Shown: positions 15,180 through 20,000 of the stretch, piece after piece
Layout of the letters: every line of letters begins with the position of its first letter
How positions within the stretch are numbered: position 1 is the stretch's first letter
From: an uncultured virus (IMG/VR IMGVR_UViG_3300024264_000021)
Lineage: Duplodnaviria; Heunggongvirae; Uroviricota; Caudoviricetes
DNA length: 20,000 nucleotides
Direction: 5' to 3' (one strand)
IMG/VR virus record: IMGVR_UViG_3300024264_000021
Coordinates: 54,298 to 74,297 of that record
Notes under the pieces: generated by a model
The model's input: only the letters and a program-made list of their open reading frames with translations
Told to the model about the DNA's origin: nothing
Database searches by the model: none
Position numbers and translations under genes: made by a program

Positions 15180-15470
15180 ATGAAATCTAAATTTTATTTC
15201 TTCAGTGACCCTGCACATGGATGGTTGAGAGTTGACCGTGATACATTAACAGAACTTGGTTTGACTCAAAATGATTTTACAGAGTATTCATACATTGACA
15301 TTCATTATATGTATTTGGAAGAAGATCATGATGCATCAAAGTTCATGACAGAATGGGCTAAGAAAATGCCATCAACCAGTAAGCTACAAATTGTTGAGAG
15401 AGTTTCTGAGAAAAAAGATTCGTTTGTTCGTAGGAAATACCAAAACTTTAGAATCAAAGAGGTTGCTTGA
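15180..15470 (+). CDS. conserved phage hypothetical protein
   Basis: F.SDP.HGWL.V, L..LG, YSY, YLEED.DA..F pattern. GAGGA RBS. Confidence 0.8.
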   Translation: MKSKFYFFSDPAHGWLRVDRDTLTELGLTQNDFTEYSYIDIHYMYLEEDHDASKFMTEWAKKMPSTSKLQIVERVSEKKDSFVRRKYQNFRIKEVA

Positions 15471-15733
15471 AACTATTCGGAAAAGAACTTAAACTTTTTT
15501 TTGTGGAGAAACTATCTGAAAATTGGGCATGGGAAATAGAATTTTTAAAATGGACGGGTTCTTGGGGAAATTTTCTAGTTTATGAAAATTCAATATCATT
15601 GAGATTGAAGGGGGACCATAGAGGAATCTATTGGTCCTATCATATTCTCGGTTTTAAAATTATTGAACTGAATGTTTACGATACACGCCATGAAGAACAA
15701 ATTTCTATTGTAAATAGAGGTTTAGACCATTAA
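15467..15733 (+). CDS. hypothetical protein
   Basis: 88 aa, TTG start overlapping the upstream stop, GAGG RBS. Confidence 0.65.
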   Translation: MKLFGKELKLFFVEKLSENWAWEIEFLKWTGSWGNFLVYENSISLRLKGDHRGIYWSYHILGFKIIELNVYDTRHEEQISIVNRGLDH

Positions 15734-15774
15734 AACATCTATTGTTGCAGATTGTAGTTCATCTAAATTAATTT

Positions 15775-16425
15775 TTAATCTGTGTAATAAGTTAAGAAAA
15801 ATCCAATATAGCTGACTTGCGTGACATGATTGCCCTCGCCATAGGAATCTGCATATAAAGCATTTACCAATTGCCATTTATCTGCATGTGCTGCTGTTCC
15901 ATTATATGTAAAACTTCCTACTGCATGAGCAAATACTGGAGAAGTCGCAGCAGAAAAAGGAAATCCATTTAATCTTAGTCCAGAACCTGATGTTCCACTA
16001 TTTCCAGAATCACATCTACCCCACAAAGTAACTTGCCTACCAATTTTGATATAAAATCCTTGTTTAGTTAGCCATGTAGAGTCATTGGTCGAAACATGGA
16101 AAACATTTGGAACCCAAGTACCCTCTTCATAATCATCCAGGGTAGTGTTTCCAAAATTAATTCCATAGCTATTTGGAAATGTTAAATTTCCAGCAATATT
16201 CAAATTACCGTTTTTATCCAAGACAAACTTATCCGTATTTACAGTCATAGCATTACCAGTACCAGACTGTATAACTTCTAATGCTGCATTAGAACTTTGA
16301 TAGTTTACTTTAAATCCAGTATTACTGGATTCAAAAAAGTTATTGCTATCAAAGCTAGATGTATCTATAATCTTTGTAAGACCACTTTTTGAATAAATTT
16401 GATCTAGATAAATTCTACTACTCAT
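15775..16425 (-). CDS. tail-fibre-like protein with LDDYEEGTW.P tip domain
   Basis: GN.....F....GI.F, LDDYEEGTW.P, G.Y.KIGR.V, L.G.PF pattern, common in phage fibre tips. Confidence 0.75.
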   Translation of the reverse strand: MSSRIYLDQIYSKSGLTKIIDTSSFDSNNFFESSNTGFKVNYQSSNAALEVIQSGTGNAMTVNTDKFVLDKNGNLNIAGNLTFPNSYGINFGNTTLDDYEEGTWVPNVFHVSTNDSTWLTKQGFYIKIGRQVTLWGRCDSGNSGTSGSGLRLNGFPFSAATSPVFAHAVGSFTYNGTAAHADKWQLVNALYADSYGEGNHVTQVSYIGFFLTYYTD

Positions 16426-16682
16426 GGAGTAACTTCAGCTTGCTCTGCTACATGTTGTTGATATGCAGCTACAACATCTGCTGTATGTACGGCAGCAACA
16501 ATTGCTTGAACTTTTGCATCACGATTAGAAACATCTTCTCCAGGTGGCACAACGTATCTATGATAATTTTGTGAAATCACTTGACCATCTTCCAAGACCT
16601 GTACCGCTTCTCTGACTTGTACATGATTAAATTCTCCGACAACTTCTACTTTGTCTGTGATTGTTCTCTTCTCAAGTGCCAT
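16422..16682 (-). CDS. fibre-associated small protein (usual partner of DDYEEG-type tips)
   Basis: DK.EVV....VQVR.A.....G..IS..YHR.V..P, VQAI..AVHT..VV.AY. AAGGA RBS and ATGA coupling to the next gene. Confidence 0.75.
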   Translation of the reverse strand: MALEKRTITDKVEVVGEFNHVQVREAVQVLEDGQVISQNYHRYVVPPGEDVSNRDAKVQAIVAAVHTADVVAAYQQHVAEQAEVTP

Positions 16683-16721
16683 TTATTTTTCCTTTATAAA
16701 TGATATTAAAATTGTATACTA

Positions 16722-16729
16722 TATTTATC
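16722..16729 (-). promoter_or_regulatory. T4-type late promoter variant GATAAATA
   Basis: About 40 nt upstream of the 16682 start, the same spacing as at gp3. Confidence 0.6.
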
Positions 16730-16756
16730 TATTGTGCTTTAAGAGTTTTTGATATA

Positions 16757-16807
16757 TTAATTTCCTGTTTCTAATGCTTCAATTCTTGCGGTTAGTGCGT
16801 CAATCTC
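16757..16807 (-). pseudogene. orphan 3' end of a tail-fibre gene (chaperone-type coiled-coil tail)
   Basis: After the fibre's TAA-TGA the same frame reads EIDALTARIEALETGN*, resembling the C-terminal coiled coil of intramolecular-chaperone (peptidase S74) fibres. Confidence 0.65.
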
Positions 16808-16810
16808 TCA

Positions 16811-17986
16811 TTAGCGGAAGATTGCTGCTTTAACATTAGAGTTATCAACTAAAGCACCATTTGTATTATATGTGTATACCTTTACAGATCCTGTGCTTTC
16901 ACTGTAAGTATAAGGCCCCTTATCTCCATTTCCACCACCAGCAACAGAAGAAGTAACAGTAGAAAAATTTGCATCTGGCATCGCATTGGTGAAGTTTACT
17001 CCGTAATGTCCTGTTCCTAGATCTGTCAGGCTTGACACATTCCCACTTCCCAAAATTGAAACTGTTCCTGTTCCATTAAACCTTATCCAAGCTCTACACG
17101 CATATGCAGTACCAACTGAACCAAAACCTGAGTCAAATTTAAGATTCCCACTGTTATCAATCCGCATTCTTTCACCATCAACACCGGAAAAAACATACCC
17201 AGTGAATCCAGTTTGATTCCCGTAAAATGTTAGTAACCCAGTAGAACCATTCCGACCAAATTCGTAAGACTGTGTAGCACTTGCACCATTTTCGACTCTA
17301 ATTTGATTATCAGCAACATTTCTAATTGATAAAGTTTGACTTGGACTACTCGTCCCAATCCCCACATTCCCACTGGAATCAACAACCAACGCATTGCTAC
17401 CAATGGCTGCCGTTCCCGCATTCACCACAACACTTCCATTACTCTCACTTATCACACTTCCACCATTGCTATCTACAATTGGAAGAACAGTTGAACTACT
17501 TGTAGCTGGTTCTCTACTAACAATCGCAACCACATCACCGTTCACTGGATTGAGTGTGAATGATATCACTTTTGTGTTAACGTTGATGCTGAAATCACTT
17601 GAAGCAAGTTTCACACCATTCAGGTAAACATCTGTACTGTCACCAGTCAAAGGATATGGAAACGTGACTGTAGTCTCGTTGTTAGCAATTGTATGCTCAT
17701 GACGGCGCTCTGAGAAACGCACACCTTGTGTTAGATTTCTTCTTCCTATAACAACAATGATGTCACCAGCAATGGCATTACTTGCAAGTGTGATGGTCTT
17801 TCTATCTGCGCCAAGAGTGTAGTCATCAGAACCCAGTAAAACACCATTTTTATATACATCTAGGTAATTAGATTTACCTGATACAACAAACCCACTGGTG
17901 GCGATTGTGTTTGTTGTGCTTGTGATGTTGAATTCTTCTCTAAATTCGTTTGATTGTAGTGCTGGTTGTTTTCCTAAGTAGGCCAT
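16811..17986 (-). CDS. tail fibre / virion fibre protein
   Basis: N-terminal MAYLGKQP, two DVY.NGV.L...D......GD.. repeats, shaft motifs GNVGIGTSSP and ERMRID.SGN, and a C-terminal RAW..F.G...NVSS.TD.GTG.Y.VNF..AM.D.N tip domain. Confidence 0.85.
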   Translation of the reverse strand: MAYLGKQPALQSNEFREEFNITSTTNTIATSGFVVSGKSNYLDVYKNGVLLGSDDYTLGADRKTITLASNAIAGDIIVVIGRRNLTQGVRFSERRHEHTIANNETTVTFPYPLTGDSTDVYLNGVKLASSDFSINVNTKVISFTLNPVNGDVVAIVSREPATSSSTVLPIVDSNGGSVISESNGSVVVNAGTAAIGSNALVVDSSGNVGIGTSSPSQTLSIRNVADNQIRVENGASATQSYEFGRNGSTGLLTFYGNQTGFTGYVFSGVDGERMRIDNSGNLKFDSGFGSVGTAYACRAWIRFNGTGTVSILGSGNVSSLTDLGTGHYGVNFTNAMPDANFSTVTSSVAGGGNGDKGPYTYSESTGSVKVYTYNTNGALVDNSNVKAAIFR

Positions 17987-18216
17987 TAACTAGTCTCTAT
18001 GTTTATAGCCTTTAAATCTTCAACGGATGTAGCTGTATCACAAAGCATCGTGATGTCTCTGAGTCGTTGCTTCTCCGCTACAATTGCAGTTGTATCAGTT
18101 CCGGCTTCCTGCTCTCTCATATAGAGTATATCTTGAGCCTCTAACAAAGGCTTGCGTTCTTGTCGTAGCGATTCACGTTTGATCTCTCTGGCTTTATCTA
18201 AATTTATTGTAATCAT
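17986..18216 (-). CDS. tail fibre assembly chaperone-like protein
   Basis: I.INLDKA.EI....LR.ER.PLL...D..Y.R..E, I..EKQ.LRD.T pattern. Confidence 0.75.
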   Translation of the reverse strand: MITINLDKAREIKRESLRQERKPLLEAQDILYMREQEAGTDTTAIVAEKQRLRDITMLCDTATSVEDLKAINIETS

Positions 18217-18231
18217 TGGGTTCCTTAGTTG

Positions 18232-18582
18232 TTAGCGGAAGATTGCGACAGAAACAAATGGCGAGTCTTGTAATGCTGTGCTGGTCTGAAGGGTAGTAAT
18301 TCTCACCGAATCTGTGGCAACGTTAGCATCTCCATCGCTTGTCTGAACTACGATGAAAACTCCGTAGTCACTTACTCCATCATAGTGTCTACCACAAGCA
18401 GTAACGACATAATCATTATCCGGCATTGCATTCTCAAAGTTCACGGTATAGTCTCCTGTGCCGTTGTCGGTGATGCTGGAAACACTGAAGCTGGCCCGTA
18501 TTGCTACCGTTCCCGTACCATTAAAATTCACCCACGCAGCAAGCTGATGTCCTGCATCTGCAATTTCAACCGATCTGGTCAC
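18232..18582 (-). CDS. stand-alone fibre tip module (AWVNF type)
   Basis: Short leader MTRSVEIADAG, then AWVNFNGTGTVAIR.S..VSSITDNGTGDYTVNF..AMPD..Y...VAIFR, paralogous to the 391-aa fibre tip. GTG start. Confidence 0.8.
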   Translation of the reverse strand: MTRSVEIADAGHQLAAWVNFNGTGTVAIRASFSVSSITDNGTGDYTVNFENAMPDNDYVVTACGRHYDGVSDYGVFIVVQTSDGDANVATDSVRITTLQTSTALQDSPFVSVAIFR

Positions 18583-18794
18583 GCTCCCACCCCATCATAG
18601 CTATTAGTGAAATCGTAGTCCCAAGCATTGCGAAACTCCCGGTCTGCTGGCAGTTCGCTACTGTCGATGATCTTGTATTTGACACCCGTAGGGACATCTT
18701 TCGCACAGATCTGTTCTAACGTAAGCCCACAGTTCGGGGCTGGTACTAGCACACTGATTATGCCTTCGTCATTTTTGAAAATTGCTAGATTCAT
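18579..18794 (-). CDS. fibre-associated small protein / chaperone
   Basis: G...V..P, T.E.I..KDVP.G..Y.I.....LP.DR.FRNAW pattern, which I recall beside AWVNF tip genes. Confidence 0.75.
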   Translation of the reverse strand: MNLAIFKNDEGIISVLVPAPNCGLTLEQICAKDVPTGVKYKIIDSSELPADREFRNAWDYDFTNSYDGVGA

Positions 18795-18809
18795 TCTAAT
18801 CCTTTGTTG

Positions 18810-19355
18810 TTAGTTAAAAACGGCAACAGTAACTCGACTTGCATCCGTTCGGTAAACTCCATCTCCAATAAAACAAGTTAATTGCAGTTGTGTTGTTGAA
18901 TAATACGATGGAGAATCTTTACCAAATACAACAGAAGCTGATCCACTACTTGGTTGATTATGATTACCTACTGCTGTGTAATTCACATCCGACATTGCCG
19001 TTGTAAAATTTACGGTGTAGTTGCCTTGTCCGTTATCGAAAATGCTGGAAACATTTCCACTTTTCCGAATCTGCGCATCAATCGTAACTGTAGTGCCAGA
19101 TACCGTTAAGTCTACACCTTCTCCATCACCTATTTCGTGATTCCCACTTGTATTGATTGTGTAAGTAGTTCCCGAATATTCTACTGTAAACTGCGTTGCT
19201 GTGACAACCGTAGCAGTGTAAAGCCCAGTAATTAATCCGCTAGCAGTAGCAGTCCCTGATTGTGATGTTCCACGAAAATTCACCCACGCACGACAAGCGT
19301 AAATCGGAGCATCATCACCATTCGGCAAGTTCGCTATATTTCTTGCGTTACTCAT
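18810..19355 (-). CDS. fibre tip module (AWVNF type) with inserted beta-rich domain
   Basis: Start moved to ATG 19355 (MSNARNIANL, ATGA-coupled). YACRAWVNF.G, then an insert of about 60 aa, then IR.SGNVSSI.DNG.G.YTVNF.TAM.D.NY. Confidence 0.8.
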   Translation of the reverse strand: MSNARNIANLPNGDDAPIYACRAWVNFRGTSQSGTATASGLITGLYTATVVTATQFTVEYSGTTYTINTSGNHEIGDGEGVDLTVSGTTVTIDAQIRKSGNVSSIFDNGQGNYTVNFTTAMSDVNYTAVGNHNQPSSGSASVVFGKDSPSYYSTTQLQLTCFIGDGVYRTDASRVTVAVFN

Positions 19356-19717
19356 ACTGCATCCGGTGGTGTGGGCCAAACTACGTTGGTTAGTTGTCCG
19401 TTCTCATCTAGCGTTGGTTCTGCGGTAGCAGGGAGATTGCGGAGACTAGTACGATAACTAGCCCACTCTGCTTGATCTGCGTAGGGATAGTCTGTGGTCA
19501 TTCGCCAGTCTGACCTAATAAGTAAGTCATTCCGTTGAGTTCTTAGTTGTTCAAAAGCATCAGTAAATTCGTTTACAAAACTTCCATCTACATATTTAGT
19601 TCCGTAGCGAATATTTGTTTCATTCGTTTCGATCCATTGAAAATCAGGATGCACATCAAATGGTGTTTCTTCTGTCTGAACGACAATATTTTTCCGAGTG
19701 TCAATCAGTGCGTACAT
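19352..19717 (-). CDS. phage tail (fibre) assembly chaperone domain protein
   Basis: LR..RN.LL..SDW....D......WA.YR..LR.LP.......WP..P in the C-terminal half. GAGG RBS. Confidence 0.85.
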   Translation of the reverse strand: MYALIDTRKNIVVQTEETPFDVHPDFQWIETNETNIRYGTKYVDGSFVNEFTDAFEQLRTQRNDLLIRSDWRMTTDYPYADQAEWASYRTSLRNLPATAEPTLDENGQLTNVVWPTPPDAV

Positions 19718-19725
19718 TTAACCTC

Positions 19726-20000
19726 TTATAAAAGCTCGAAAACAATGACATAGCCAGCAGCACCAGCAAGGCCATTAGCATAGGAATCCCCAGAACTGGC
19801 TGAACCGGCTCCTCCCACTGTTACGGAAACAGTTGAAGCCACTCCAGTAATGAATTCGCAAGCAAAACCACCAGCACCACCGTATTGCCCAATATCTCTT
19901 GCAGACCCCCCAGCATATCGGTTCCCTGCTGCACCTCCCACTGTGCTATTGGAATTCACGTTTCCACCAGAACCAGAGCCGTTAGCTGCTCCCAATCTGG
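19726..20000 (-). CDS. C-terminus of a glycine-rich fibre-like protein (5' end outside the window)
   Basis: GGAGG......V.VTVG..G......G..G.V.V.E glycine-rich domain. The frame is open to the window edge. Confidence 0.7.
   Translation of the reverse strand, partial: RLGAANGSGSGGNVNSNSTVGGAAGNRYAGGSARDIGQYGGAGGFACEFITGVASTVSVTVGGAGSASSGDSYANGLAGAAGYVIVFELL

Noticed and set aside
15734..15774. Bidirectional intrinsic terminator between convergent transcription units
   Set aside because: Only a weak, imperfect AT-rich stem is visible.
16811..19355. Diversity-generating retroelement or shufflon acting on the repeated tip domains
   Set aside because: No reverse transcriptase or recombinase is in the window. 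The paralogues differ at all base types rather than only at adenines, there is no ~100-bp near-identical TR/VR pair, and all modules are co-oriented with no inverted sites.
1506..19753. Shadow ORFs in the track (1506-1700, 2487-2780, 5143-5334, 5402-5593, 5963-6148, 6488-6673, 7165-7371, 10082-10297, 11645-11842, 12012-12353, 13496-13726, 16389-16574, 17230-17421, 17394-17627, 18385-18600, 18628-18813, 19547-19753)
   Set aside because: They are antisense or out-of-frame overlaps of well-supported genes and show no recognisable motifs.
1..20000. Stop-codon reassignment (alternative genetic code)
   Set aside because: Conserved genes read intact in code 11, and TAA, TGA and TAG all serve as stops at sensible gene ends. 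The PurL truncation ends in TAA.
1..20000. tRNA, riboswitch (purine/ZTP) or CRISPR array
   Set aside because: Intergenic gaps are short and AT-rich, with no cloverleaf, structured leader or regularly spaced repeats visible by eye. An Infernal/tRNAscan-SE run would be decisive.

Overview
This AT-rich window is from a large T4-like myophage genome. The T4-like call rests on a gp3 tail terminator next to uvsY, (N)ATAAATA late-promoter motifs and small proteins resembling T4 head internal proteins. From left to right it contains: uvsY (partial) and gp3 on the minus strand; small hypothetical and ribbon-helix-helix-like genes; an unusual three-gene envelope cassette (membrane-anchored coiled-coil protein, outer-membrane beta-barrel, small periplasmic-binding-protein-like protein) behind a late-promoter motif; two probable head internal proteins; a streamlined purine biosynthesis cluster purE-purD-purS-purL-purQ-purM; an IscA-type carrier plus IscU and a HAD-like phosphatase; a block of sigma70-driven early hypothetical genes including several unannotated small membrane proteins and a lipoprotein; and a minus-strand, higher-GC array of alternating tail-fibre tip modules and fibre chaperones, with a scar suggesting a past tip exchange. 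I saw no tRNA, rRNA, CRISPR array, transposase or reverse transcriptase. All family calls come from motif recognition by eye, not database searches.
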